DNA of 64,000 nt from an uncultured Chloroflexia bacterium. Its GTDB lineage: Bacteria > Chloroflexota > Limnocylindria > Limnocylindrales > CSP1-4. How positions within the stretch are numbered: the first letter of the stretch is position 1; each line of letters begins with the position of its first letter. The position numbers were made by a program, and so were the translations under genes. Under the pieces are notes generated by a model that worked only from the letters and a program-made list of their open reading frames with translations, was not told where the DNA came from and made no database searches. Where the stretch lies: assembly GCA_963828165.1 (NCBI GenBank), contig CAWHDR010000002.1, positions 1-64,000 of the forward strand. Reading direction: 5' to 3'. Shown in pieces: positions 49,015-58,823 of the stretch.

Positions 49015-50163
49015 ATGTCCGACGAACCGAACGACGACCAGAACGCGCCGAGTCCGACGGCGGATCCGACCGCCGACCCGATTCCGGTTCGGCCAGGGCA
49101 GATGCCGCCCGGACGTATCGGCGTCGCGGTCGATCAGGTCGCGCTGGTGGCACTCGTGTTCGTAGCCACGCTGCTGTTGCTCCTGGGCGCGACGCGACTC
49201 GTCGATCGTGGGACGGGGTCGCCCGGACCCATCTCCAGCGTCGCCGGGGCGATCGCGTCGGCCAGCCCCACGCCAGTAGCCAGCACCAGCCAGGCACCCG
49301 GTCCATCCAGTACGCCCGGTGTCGAGACGAACACGCCGAGCGACCCGCCACTCGCTTCCCCGACCGGCGATCCCGTGCTGGTCGGCGCCGGCGACATCGG
49401 ACGGTGCGGTTCGGACGACGATGAGGCGACCGCGGCGCTGCTCGACGGGATCGCGGGCACCGTGTTCACAGCGGGCGACAACGCCTACGAGAGCGGCACG
49501 GCCGATCAGTTCCGCGATTGCTATGACACCAGCTGGGGTCGCCATCGCGCCCGAACCCGCCCGGCTCCCGGGAACCACGACTGGGAGACGACGGGGCTGG
49601 CTGGGTATTTCGGCTATTTCGGGGACGCGGCCAAGGGCCCGGGCGGGTCGTCGTGGTATTCGTACGACCTCGGGAGCTGGCACGTCGTCGTCCTGGATTC
49701 GATGTGCGCGAAGGTCGGCGGATGCGACCCAGGATCGCCCCAGGGTGCCTGGCTGGCGGCCGATCTCGCGGCCAACCAGGCGGCATGTACGCTCGCGATC
49801 TTCCACATTCCGCGATTCACCTCGGGAGAGCATGGGGACACCCCGGCGATGGACGCCTTTTGGCGGCCGCTGTACGCCGCCGGGGTCGATGTGGTCGTCA
49901 ACGGCCACGACCACGATTACGAGCGATTCGCTCCGCAGGACCCCGACGGTCGAATCGATGGAAACCGGGGCATCCGCCAGTTCGTCGTCGGCACGGGCGG
50001 GGCGCCGCTGCGCGACTTCGCCCGCGTGGCGCCCAATAGTGAGTTGCGGGCGACCATCGGCCACGGGGTGCTCGCCCTGACCCTGCGCGGCGACTCCTAC
50101 GAGTGGGCCTTCATCGCGGCGGGGTCCGACTTCCGGGACCGCGGGACGACGCCCTGCCACTGA
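49015..50163 (+). CDS. Membrane-anchored calcineurin-like metallophosphoesterase
   Basis: AGDI, GDNAY, GNHD, FH, NGHDH motifs after a TM helix and S/P/T linker. Confidence 0.9.
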   Translation: MSDEPNDDQNAPSPTADPTADPIPVRPGQMPPGRIGVAVDQVALVALVFVATLLLLLGATRLVDRGTGSPGPISSVAGAIASASPTPVASTSQAPGPSSTPGVETNTPSDPPLASPTGDPVLVGAGDIGRCGSDDDEATAALLDGIAGTVFTAGDNAYESGTADQFRDCYDTSWGRHRARTRPAPGNHDWETTGLAGYFGYFGDAAKGPGGSSWYSYDLGSWHVVVLDSMCAKVGGCDPGSPQGAWLAADLAANQAACTLAIFHIPRFTSGEHGDTPAMDAFWRPLYAAGVDVVVNGHDHDYERFAPQDPDGRIDGNRGIRQFVVGTGGAPLRDFARVAPNSELRATIGHGVLALTLRGDSYEWAFIAAGSDFRDRGTTPCH

Positions 50164-50207
50164 CACCGGTCTCGTCCTCGACCGGGTAGGCGCCTGCAGG
50201 CTGAATG

Positions 50208-51146
50208 TCAGCCGGCGACGTCCTCGAGGGCGTGCTCGAACCGCGGGGTCGAGGCATTCGAGCGCAGACGATCGAAATGCTCGCCCGCGTATGCGACGAA
50301 ATCGACATCGAGCGTGCTGATCCCCTGTTGGAGCACGGCCCACATCGCCTCGCGAAAATCCGACACCACGCGCATCAGCGTGAGGCGCGCCAGGTGGTCG
50401 ACGCGGCCGATCTCGCCGTACTCCGCCAGCAGGTACGCATCCTCATCGGGCGTCAGCTCGTGGTTGATGCTGAAGTTGCCGAGATCGAAGAACGGGTCAC
50501 CCATCCCGGCGTACTCCCAATCGACGATCCGGATGCGCTCGCCGTCGTCGATGAAGTTGGCGTTCAGGAGGTCGTTGTGGCACGGCCGCAGCTCGACCGG
50601 GTTGGCGAGGCAGGCCGCCTCGATCCGCCGGCCGATGAGCGACGAGACGTCGTACTCGGGTGGGATGCGGACGCCGCGCCCGGCAGCCAGCGCCCGGTAC
50701 GCCTCGACGATCCGCAGCGGCACGAACAGCCCGGGGATCGGCGGCCCGTCGTGGATGCGCCGAAGCGACTGGGCAACCCGCGCCAGGGTCTCTCGCTGGT
50801 GGACCGCCGCGTCACTCACCGGTGATCCGTCGATGAAGCGCGTCACGAGGTAGCCCTCCGGCCGGATGAATGCCGTGACCTCCGGTCCGACGCCGACCCC
50901 GGCGGCCGCGACGGTCGCCGCGTGCTCCACCTCGCGGCTGATGCCGAGCAGGTGGGTGTCGTTGCCGGCAAGACGGATGACGTAGCGATCGTCATCACCG
51001 GGGATGGTGACGAGGAAGTTGCGGTTCGTGATGCCGCCGCTGAGGGTCGTCAGGACGAGCTCACGCCCGGCCAGCTCCGGCACCCGCTGCATCGCGGCGA
51101 CGAGCTCGTCGCGCAGCTCGCCGACCAGCACCTCGTCGTCCGTCAT
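50208..51146 (-). CDS. Choline/ethanolamine kinase-like phosphotransferase
   Basis: LSGGITNRN, CHNDLLNANF, IVDWEYAGMGD. Confidence 0.9.
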   Translation of the reverse strand: MTDDEVLVGELRDELVAAMQRVPELAGRELVLTTLSGGITNRNFLVTIPGDDDRYVIRLAGNDTHLLGISREVEHAATVAAAGVGVGPEVTAFIRPEGYLVTRFIDGSPVSDAAVHQRETLARVAQSLRRIHDGPPIPGLFVPLRIVEAYRALAAGRGVRIPPEYDVSSLIGRRIEAACLANPVELRPCHNDLLNANFIDDGERIRIVDWEYAGMGDPFFDLGNFSINHELTPDEDAYLLAEYGEIGRVDHLARLTLMRVVSDFREAMWAVLQQGISTLDVDFVAYAGEHFDRLRSNASTPRFEHALEDVAG

Positions 51147-51231
51147 CGCGCCCACCCTATCCGAGGCGGGACGAGATGCGGCGCGACGATCGCTCGCCGC
51201 GCCGCATCGCCTCCTCCCGAGAACTTCGTGG

Positions 51232-52812
51232 TCAGCCGATCACGGCCTCGCCGGTGGCGGGGTCGACCTCGACGCGATCCTCGCGGCCTCGGGCCACCAC
51301 GGCGTAGTACACGATGCCGGCGATCAGGATGAGCAGCACGGTGCCTTCGAAGAACGGGATATCGGGCAGCCACGAGATCGGCTGGCCACCCGAGGTGATG
51401 GCGGTGAGTGACGGATTCGTCAGGTCACGTAGGTCGCTCCCGAAGTTGCCGAAGACGGCCGGGTCGCTCCACAGCGCGAAGTTGATGATCATCAATCCAC
51501 CCCAGACGAGGGCCAGGATGTTGATGATGAGACCCCATCCGCCGAGCTTGAACCATGCCCCCTCGCGCGGCCATCCACGGAGCCGCGCGAACAGCACGCC
51601 GAGGTTGCACATGAAGTACGACAGGTAGATCAGACCCGTCGCGCCGGTCGCGATGAGCCCCGGGCTGTCGGTGATGAGGAACGGGATGGCGGACAGCACT
51701 CCGACAGCCACGGCCGCGTTGGTCGGAGTCTTGAACGTCGGATTGACGGTGCCCCACAAGGAGCCGAGCGGCATGCGCCGGTCGCGGCCCATCGAGAACA
51801 TCAGTCGCACGGTGGCCCCCTGGATCGCCAGCGTGCACACGAAGACCGCGACGAGGATGACGAACAGGTAGAGGGAACCGAAGGTGTCGCCGAGCGCCGC
51901 CTTGACGGCCGTCGAGATCGGCGATGGATCCGTGAGGGCGGCCGTCATGTCCGGCGTCGCCAGGATGATCGCGAGGAGGAAGACCGCACCGACGATGCCG
52001 GACAGCCAGATCGCGGAAAGGATCCCGCGGGGCGCCTGACGGCTGGCATCGATCGTCTCCTCGCCGAAGGTTCCGGCGGTGTCGAACCCGTAGACCACGA
52101 ACAGGCTCATGAACATGGCGATCGCGAAGACCGGCAGGTAACCACCCGTTTCGGGCGTCTCGATCCCCGCTGTCGTGGTCAGGACAGACAGGTCCTGGAC
52201 CCGGAAGAACAGCAGCAGGATCAGCGCGAAGACCAGCATGCCGAGGATCTCAGCCGCGACGCCGATGTTGTTGATGATCGACAGGAGACGCGCGCCGGCC
52301 CCGTTGATGAACGTCGTCACGAGGAGCGTCAGGAGCGCGTAGAACACGAGGTTGTTGAAGAACGGGATGGGGGATGCCGCCTTCAGGTCGATCCCGAAGA
52401 TGCTCGAAAGGACCAGCGGGACGGTCCCGGCGACGGCGGTCACGGTGACCACCCCGGCCCAGAAGTAGAACCATCCAGTGAACCAGCCGAGCGTCCGGTT
52501 GGCGAGGCGTTTCGACCACTGGTAGATCGACCCGGCGACCGGGAAGTGGCTCGCCAGCTCGGAGAAGTTCAGGGCGACGAATGTCTGGCCCAGGATGATG
52601 ATCGGCCAGGACCAGAAGAACGCGGGGCCGCCGACGCCCCACCCCAGGGCGATGAGCGTGAACGTGCCAGTCGCGACGCTGATGTAGCTGAACGCGACCG
52701 CGAAGTTGGACAAGAAACCAAGGGAACGCTGGAGCTCGGGCTTGATCCCGAGCGAGCGCAAGTGGGCATCGTCGCGGTCGGCGACGTCCTGCGGATTGAC
52801 CGATCCCGCCAC
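51232..52812 (-). CDS. APC-family amino acid/amine permease
   Basis: GAGGAGGAG RBS with GTG; NFAVAFSYIS, SELASHFPVAG, YGFD..GEET; about 12 TM helices. Confidence 0.92.
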   Translation of the reverse strand: MAGSVNPQDVADRDDAHLRSLGIKPELQRSLGFLSNFAVAFSYISVATGTFTLIALGWGVGGPAFFWSWPIIILGQTFVALNFSELASHFPVAGSIYQWSKRLANRTLGWFTGWFYFWAGVVTVTAVAGTVPLVLSSIFGIDLKAASPIPFFNNLVFYALLTLLVTTFINGAGARLLSIINNIGVAAEILGMLVFALILLLFFRVQDLSVLTTTAGIETPETGGYLPVFAIAMFMSLFVVYGFDTAGTFGEETIDASRQAPRGILSAIWLSGIVGAVFLLAIILATPDMTAALTDPSPISTAVKAALGDTFGSLYLFVILVAVFVCTLAIQGATVRLMFSMGRDRRMPLGSLWGTVNPTFKTPTNAAVAVGVLSAIPFLITDSPGLIATGATGLIYLSYFMCNLGVLFARLRGWPREGAWFKLGGWGLIINILALVWGGLMIINFALWSDPAVFGNFGSDLRDLTNPSLTAITSGGQPISWLPDIPFFEGTVLLILIAGIVYYAVVARGREDRVEVDPATGEAVIG

Positions 52813-53009
52813 GATCTCCTCCTCGTGCCGCCGCGCTACGGGCGCGGGGACTGACTGTGGGAGTTGACGCAAGGACGCCGGGAATGCCCGCCCTGCGCTC
52901 CCTCAAGCGGGGCGGAACTGCGAGAGGATAGCACCACGAAGCGGCCCGTCAACGACGAGTTTTCGCCGCCCGCGGGCCACCTGGGCGAGCCGACGCGACC
53001 AGGCCGCGG

Positions 53010-54110
53010 CTACGGGTCGAGGCGGTACAAGCGGAACGCGTCGTGCTCGACCGGCAGGATCGTGAAGCCACTGAACCCAGCCTCACGCGCGATCGATTCC
53101 AACGCGGCGGGCCGCAGGACCGTGCCCGTTCCGACGGACGGCTGATCGGCGAGACCGTTGGCCAGGCACGCGACCACGCTATAGCCGAAGAAGAGCCGTT
53201 CGGTCTCGTCGCCAGGGGCCGTGAAGACCTCTGCCACGCGCTCGTCGGCGATCAGGACGGCGCCGCCCGGCTTCAGCAGCTTGCGGGCGGCCGCGAGGAC
53301 CTTCGCCGGCTGCGCCATGTCGTGCACCGCCTCGAAGATCGTGACCAGGTCGTAGCGACCCTCACCCTCGGCATCGGCGGCATCGGCGTACAGGAATGAG
53401 ACGAGGTCATCGATGCCTTCGCGCCCGGCGTGCATCCGGGCGCGCTCGATGGAGTCCGCGTCGATATCGATCCCGTCCACCTTGATCCCGGGGAATGCCC
53501 GCGCGATCGAGATGGACGACCAGCCGGTCCCGCAAGCCACATCGGCGATCCGGCCATCGCCGTCACGCAGCTTCGCCGCGATATCCGGCAGCGCGGCGAT
53601 CCAGTCGCCGACGTAGTTCGCGAATTGCGGCCGATTCAGGGCCTCCTGCGCCTCGATCACGTCGGGGCCGTAGTCGGCCCAGTCCACGCCCTCGCCCGTT
53701 CGATACGCCTCGAGCAGCGCCGGCATCGTCTGCGCGCTGCCCATGACGAACCGCGCGAGCGGGGCAACGAGCCATGGGCTCTCCGGATCGAGGAGGACCG
53801 CGGCATGGCCAACCGGCAGCGTGTAGCGGCGCGCCTCGGGATCGGCGGCGGTGTCGTCCACGTCGAGGATCGCCCCGACCGCCTGGTGCTCGAGCCACTC
53901 GCGTGCGTAGCGGGGATGGATGCCGGCCCGCTCGGCCAGCGCGGCCGGCGTCGCAGAGCCGTCCTCGGCCAGCGAGCGGTAAAGACCGAGCCGATCGCCG
54001 AGATACACGGCCTGCATGTCCAGCGCGCCCAGGGCGGCGGCCATGAGTCGGCCGGCGAGATCTTCGCGCCGAGCATCGGCAGTCGCGGCCGGCTTCCCGG
54101 TGACGGTCAT
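53010..54110 (-). CDS. SAM-dependent methyltransferase with N-terminal winged helix (Rv2258c-like)
   Basis: LGDRLGLY, YAREWL, DVACGTGW, FEAVHDM, LKPGG. Confidence 0.9.
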   Translation of the reverse strand: MTVTGKPAATADARREDLAGRLMAAALGALDMQAVYLGDRLGLYRSLAEDGSATPAALAERAGIHPRYAREWLEHQAVGAILDVDDTAADPEARRYTLPVGHAAVLLDPESPWLVAPLARFVMGSAQTMPALLEAYRTGEGVDWADYGPDVIEAQEALNRPQFANYVGDWIAALPDIAAKLRDGDGRIADVACGTGWSSISIARAFPGIKVDGIDIDADSIERARMHAGREGIDDLVSFLYADAADAEGEGRYDLVTIFEAVHDMAQPAKVLAAARKLLKPGGAVLIADERVAEVFTAPGDETERLFFGYSVVACLANGLADQPSVGTGTVLRPAALESIAREAGFSGFTILPVEHDAFRLYRLDP

Positions 54111-54159
54111 GGAACGCCCTCCAGTCCGGTGGTTCGCTTCGTGGACGTCCGCGCGCGGG

Positions 54160-55569
54160 TTAGCCGGCTGCGACGGCCTCGCGTAGCGCATCGGGGATCG
54201 GTCGATGGACTTCGACCGGTCGAATGTAGGCGGTGATCATCTCGCGCGTGCCGTTCACCCCGAGCTCCGTGAACAGGAACGACAGCTTGCGGCGCTGGGT
54301 GGCCAGGATCTCGTCCTTGGTCGCGAGATCCCAAAGCTCGCGCTTGAACGGCCCGATCGCCTTCTTGCGCGTGGTGTAGATGAACTGCTCGTCGGTCTGA
54401 TCGGGCTTGCGCTCGTCAGCGGCGTTCGCGGGGCACCAGGCCTCGATCTCTCGACGGAGGTCGTCCGGGAACGCGGGGTGGTCGTAGAGCGTGTTCTGGA
54501 AGCCGGTCGCGAGATGGATCTCGGCAGTCTCGACCGCGGGGAACTGGTGGAACAGCTCGTCCGGCAGGGTCGACGCACCGTGCTGGACGGCTCCGGACGC
54601 CCCGTACTCGCGCCGGGCGATGTCACCGAGATCGCGCAGGACGTCGAAATCGAGCTTGACCTCCGCGACCCCGCCGTCGGGGAGTGGCACGCCGCCGTGG
54701 CTCGTGCCGGTCTGGACGCTGACCTTGCTGACGCCGATCGCGCCTGGCATGCGCGCATCCAGCTCGCGCCGGTAGCCATCGAGGTACGCGCGCAACTCCT
54801 CGGCATTCGAATTCTGCGACCCGACCTCGCCGATCTCGCCACCGACGCTGACGGTGACCCCGTCGGTCTCGAGTGTCCGGATGAGCGCGGTCAGCTCGGC
54901 GGCACGCGTGTAGTTCTCACGCTGCTGCTCGTCTACCGTCGGCTTCGAGAGGTCCACGAGCGTCGAGGAATCGATGTCGATGTTGCGATAGCCGGCGTCG
55001 ATCGCCAGTCGGCAGGCCCGCCGGATCTCCTCGGTCATCGCCTCGGGGTCGGCGGCGTACTTCTTGGCGTTGAACTGGTAGTGGTCGCCCTGGATGAACA
55101 CCGGAGCGCGCCAGCCGGCCGCGATCGCCCCGGCCAGGACCGAGGTCGCGAAGTCGATCGGTCGCTGGTACGTGTAGGTCTGCTCGCTGCGCGCGATCTC
55201 GAAGATCACGGCACCGACCTCGGCGCTCGCGGCCGCCTCGAACGCCGTGCGCGCCATGTCGAACGTCTGGGCGCGCAGGTTGATCGCCGGCACCGTGAAG
55301 CCCGACACCTCACCGCGGCTGCGAGCCGTGTACAGGTCCTGGATGCTCGCGCTGTGCGCTCTGAGCGCCTGACTCGCCTCCCAGACGATCCACTGGGCGG
55401 CGGCCGTCGTGGCTTCGTCCGTCGAGAATGCCGCGGTCCAGGCCAGGTCGCGGATCGCGGTCGATCGGAAGGCCGTCTCGTCATCGATGACGAGCACGTC
55501 GCCGTCGAGGTGCGCGGCGGTGCGAATGGTCGAAAGCAGGTCGGCGGTCGAGGTCGCGACGTGGGACAT
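54160..55569 (-). CDS. Class II fructose-bisphosphate aldolase family protein, long form
   Basis: VPAIN, QGDH, GEIGEVG, GTSHGG, VQHGAS; about 80-aa N-terminal extension. Confidence 0.85.
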   Translation of the reverse strand: MSHVATSTADLLSTIRTAAHLDGDVLVIDDETAFRSTAIRDLAWTAAFSTDEATTAAAQWIVWEASQALRAHSASIQDLYTARSRGEVSGFTVPAINLRAQTFDMARTAFEAAASAEVGAVIFEIARSEQTYTYQRPIDFATSVLAGAIAAGWRAPVFIQGDHYQFNAKKYAADPEAMTEEIRRACRLAIDAGYRNIDIDSSTLVDLSKPTVDEQQRENYTRAAELTALIRTLETDGVTVSVGGEIGEVGSQNSNAEELRAYLDGYRRELDARMPGAIGVSKVSVQTGTSHGGVPLPDGGVAEVKLDFDVLRDLGDIARREYGASGAVQHGASTLPDELFHQFPAVETAEIHLATGFQNTLYDHPAFPDDLRREIEAWCPANAADERKPDQTDEQFIYTTRKKAIGPFKRELWDLATKDEILATQRRKLSFLFTELGVNGTREMITAYIRPVEVHRPIPDALREAVAAG

Positions 55570-56074
55570 CGGCGGGGCGTCTCCTTGGCAGGCGTTCCCC
55601 GTCATGGTACGGCGCGACCGGCGGGCAGTGCCGCCGGCCGCGCCGTTGGGCGGTCCCGCCGCGTGCTGCCGTTGGCCATTCCGTCGAGTGCGCTGTTAAT
55701 CGGCTCCGCCGGGCGATTCGACGCGCTTCCTGCCAGATCGTCACTCAGTGACGCTCAGACCATCGACGCTCGCCGCAGCGCGACATGGAAGTTCGTCAAC
55801 GCGGACCGGCCATGCGCCCCGCCGGGACGCCTTTCCTGCCAAATGTGCACCACCTGCACCCTCGGCGCGGTCGGTCGGGGGTACGGGTCAGTTGGAGACA
55901 CGATCTCGAGACCCGACGGCGCGATCCGTGCAGGGATCTGGCCGCAAGACAGCTCGGAGCCATCGATCTGCGGGAGCTCAGATGACCAAGGTTCTCCTAA
56001 CGTGCATCCCCTGCACCTTTGTCATGTTCCTGAGGTCGTGGGCCACGCCACGCGCGGGCGACGCCACGGCCGGG

Positions 56075-56563
56075 TCAGATCGTCGGCTTCACGACCATGA
56101 GGAAGATGATGATCACGAGCAGGACGCCCAGCATCATGCCGCCGCGCTGGATCTTGCCGACGAGCTCGACCAGCTCCGGTGGCGGACCGGTCGCCCCGGG
56201 TGGGGGTGGAGCCGACGAGAGCTCGATGACCCGCTCGACGTACTTGCGCTGGACGATGAACGAATAGCCGTAGGCGATGAGGTACAGGACGATCGCCACG
56301 GCGAGCCACCAATAGGCGCGCTCGAACGGATTGATCCCACGAACGGCCATCATCGCGAGCCCCGTGATCGGCAGCGTGAGACCGATCGGGTACACGAGCT
56401 TCGACGAGATCGTGTGCGACACCCGCGTCGCGAAGTTCGCATGTTGCGGTTCCGCGCCACCCGCGGCGCCGATGAACGAGAACGCGAATGTCGGACCGAA
56501 TGCCACGACCGCGCCAAGCACGTGCAGGAACAGCAAGAACGGGAACGTCCAGCTCAGATCCAC
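56075..56563 (-). CDS. DUF2269-like four-TM membrane protein
   Basis: LFLHVLGAV, TGL, C-terminal LMVVKP. Confidence 0.82.
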   Translation of the reverse strand: MDLSWTFPFLLFLHVLGAVVAFGPTFAFSFIGAAGGAEPQHANFATRVSHTISSKLVYPIGLTLPITGLAMMAVRGINPFERAYWWLAVAIVLYLIAYGYSFIVQRKYVERVIELSSAPPPPGATGPPPELVELVGKIQRGGMMLGVLLVIIIFLMVVKPTI

Positions 56564-56618
56564 GGCACCCTCACTCGCCCGGGTCGGCCGGTCGGCCGGC
56601 GTCCAGCGAGGATAGCCC

Positions 56619-58823
56619 CTAGGACACCCGCTTGGAGCGCCGTCCGACGAAGTCCACGAGCACGTACTCGCCGAGCCGTTCCGGCGTCGCGTAGAACGCC
56701 CGCCCACGGTTGAGCTTGGTCATGTGGGCCACGAACTCGGCCAGGGCGCGGGACCGCTCGAGCATGAACGTGTTGATCGTGATGCCCTCCTTCGTGCAGC
56801 GCTGCACCTCGCGGAGGGTCTCGCTGATCGTCCGTCGCGTCGGCGGGTAGCTGAACTCGACCTGGCCGTCCTCGAAATGGGCGGTCGGCTCGCCGTCGGT
56901 GATGACCACGATCTCCTTGTTCGCCGATGCCTCCCGAGCGAGGATCCGGCGGGCCAGCAACAGGCCGTGCTGGAGGTTCGTGCCGTACTCGTAGCCGTGC
57001 CACGAGAGCTCCGCGAGGGCGCCGGGCCGGATCTCGCGGGCGTAATACGCAAATCCGATCACGGTCAGGTGGTCACGCGGGTACTGCGTGCGGATCAGCG
57101 TGTCGAGCGCGACCGCGACCTTCTTGGCCGCCAGGAAGCAGCCGCGCAGGAGCATCGAGCGGCTCATATCCACCAGGAGCACGGTCGCCGTCCGGGTCAG
57201 CTGCTCGGTCCGGTAGACCTCGAAGTCGGCGGCGGTCAGACGCACTCCGCGGCCGCCACGGCGAACCGGCGCGTTCTCCTCGCGAGCGAGCGCATTGCCG
57301 AGCGTCCCCCGCAGGTCCAGGTGGAATGGGTCGCCGAACTCGAACGGCTTCGTGGTCTCCTCGCGCTCGCCACCTCGCCCACCACGATCCAGCCGATGGC
57401 CCCCGAACGCATCGCGCTCCAGCCGGGCGAACAGGTCGTCGAGCACCTTCTGGCCGATCTTCCGGCTGCCGCGGGGGGTGAGCTCGAGATGCTCCCCGTC
57501 GCGGGTCAGGTACCCAGCTTCCTCGAGCCGACGCGCGAGGTCATCGAGCACGTCGAGATCGCGGACCGCATCGTCACCCAGGAGCTCCCGGACCTGGTCG
57601 CGATCGATGTCGGCGAGGTCGCCAGGAGCCTCGACGTCGGTGAGCGCGTCCTCCAGCCGTTCCATCGCCTGAAGCCGTGCGATCTGCGCGAGCGCTCCAT
57701 CGAGCGTGAGGGACTCGTCACCATCGAAGCGCACGCGGTCGCCGAGCCCGCCCGGCATCAGCATGTCCAGGTTCGAGGCGAGCTCGGCGAGGTCCAGCAG
57801 GAGTCGGTCGTCGCGCAGGAGCGCCTCCATCATCGACTCGAGCTCGGCGCGCTGCTCCGGGCTCATCGAGCGCATGAGCGACTGCATCGCTGCCATCCGC
57901 TGCGCGAGCTGGTCGATGATGTCGTCGAAGCTCTGGGCGCCCGGGAAGAACCGGCCGTGCTTGGCGAGGAAGTCGCGCACGTCCGGGTCGCCGCCACCGA
58001 TCCGCTCGCGGATGAGCTCGTTGAGGTCGCGGACCATCTCGCGATTCGCGGCGAGGTCCTCGGGCGTCATGGACCGGATGGCATCGCTCATCCCGCCGAC
58101 GAACTGGTCCAGGACCTGCTTGCCGAGCCGCTCCACGAGCTCGTCGAAGCGGGCACGAGCGTCGGGCTCCAGGAAGTCGTATTCGCGCAGGTCGCGGATC
58201 CGCCCGCCGACGTCGCGCGGCAGGGCGTCCAGCTGATCGAGCCGCTTGGCGGCCACGTCGCGAAGCAGCTTCCGGAGGTCGGGGTCGGGGGCATCCGCGG
58301 GGCCATCGGCCGTCTCGTCGCCGGAGGCGTCGGGCGCGGGCGCATCGGGCTCGGTCGCGGGCGATGGGGCGGATGACTCCGGCGGGGCCGCACTCGAGCG
58401 CTCCAGCCGGCGTTCGACCCCGGCCCGCTCCTGCGCGACGATCTCGTCCAGCTCTCGCCGGATGTCGCCGAGGACATCCCCGAGCTCGAACCGCTCGCGC
58501 AGCTCCTCGCGGCGACGGGCCAGTCGATCCATGAGGTCCTGGAGGCCGGGCAGATCGGGCCGCGTCGGGTCGCCGCTGCGCCAGCCACGCTCCATCAGCC
58601 GGCGCAGTGCCTCGGCGAGATCGCCGTCGGCCATGACGTCGTTCGAGAGCTCATCGAGGATCTCGTCGGCGCCGAGATCGGGTACCTGCTGGCTCCCGTC
58701 CCAGCGCGAATAGCGGGCGCGCCGGGCGAGCGCGGCCAGGATGTCGTCCTCGGCCGCGCCCGGGGCTCGCGCCGGCGGAACCCGCCCGTCGAGATCGCGC
58801 GGATCCGGGGTGTAGGAGGTCAC
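56619..58823 (-). CDS. VWA-domain protein (Rv0959-like)
   Basis: RYSRWDG, LVDMSRSM MIDAS motif, TNLQHGL, ITDGEPTAH. Confidence 0.9.
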   Translation of the reverse strand: MTSYTPDPRDLDGRVPPARAPGAAEDDILAALARRARYSRWDGSQQVPDLGADEILDELSNDVMADGDLAEALRRLMERGWRSGDPTRPDLPGLQDLMDRLARRREELRERFELGDVLGDIRRELDEIVAQERAGVERRLERSSAAPPESSAPSPATEPDAPAPDASGDETADGPADAPDPDLRKLLRDVAAKRLDQLDALPRDVGGRIRDLREYDFLEPDARARFDELVERLGKQVLDQFVGGMSDAIRSMTPEDLAANREMVRDLNELIRERIGGGDPDVRDFLAKHGRFFPGAQSFDDIIDQLAQRMAAMQSLMRSMSPEQRAELESMMEALLRDDRLLLDLAELASNLDMLMPGGLGDRVRFDGDESLTLDGALAQIARLQAMERLEDALTDVEAPGDLADIDRDQVRELLGDDAVRDLDVLDDLARRLEEAGYLTRDGEHLELTPRGSRKIGQKVLDDLFARLERDAFGGHRLDRGGRGGEREETTKPFEFGDPFHLDLRGTLGNALAREENAPVRRGGRGVRLTAADFEVYRTEQLTRTATVLLVDMSRSMLLRGCFLAAKKVAVALDTLIRTQYPRDHLTVIGFAYYAREIRPGALAELSWHGYEYGTNLQHGLLLARRILAREASANKEIVVITDGEPTAHFEDGQVEFSYPPTRRTISETLREVQRCTKEGITINTFMLERSRALAEFVAHMTKLNRGRAFYATPERLGEYVLVDFVGRRSKRVS

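Noticed and set aside
55785-55985. 66-aa ORF in the aldolase-DUF2269 gap
   Set aside because: No RBS, Arg-rich shadow-like composition, and it overlaps the repeat mosaic.
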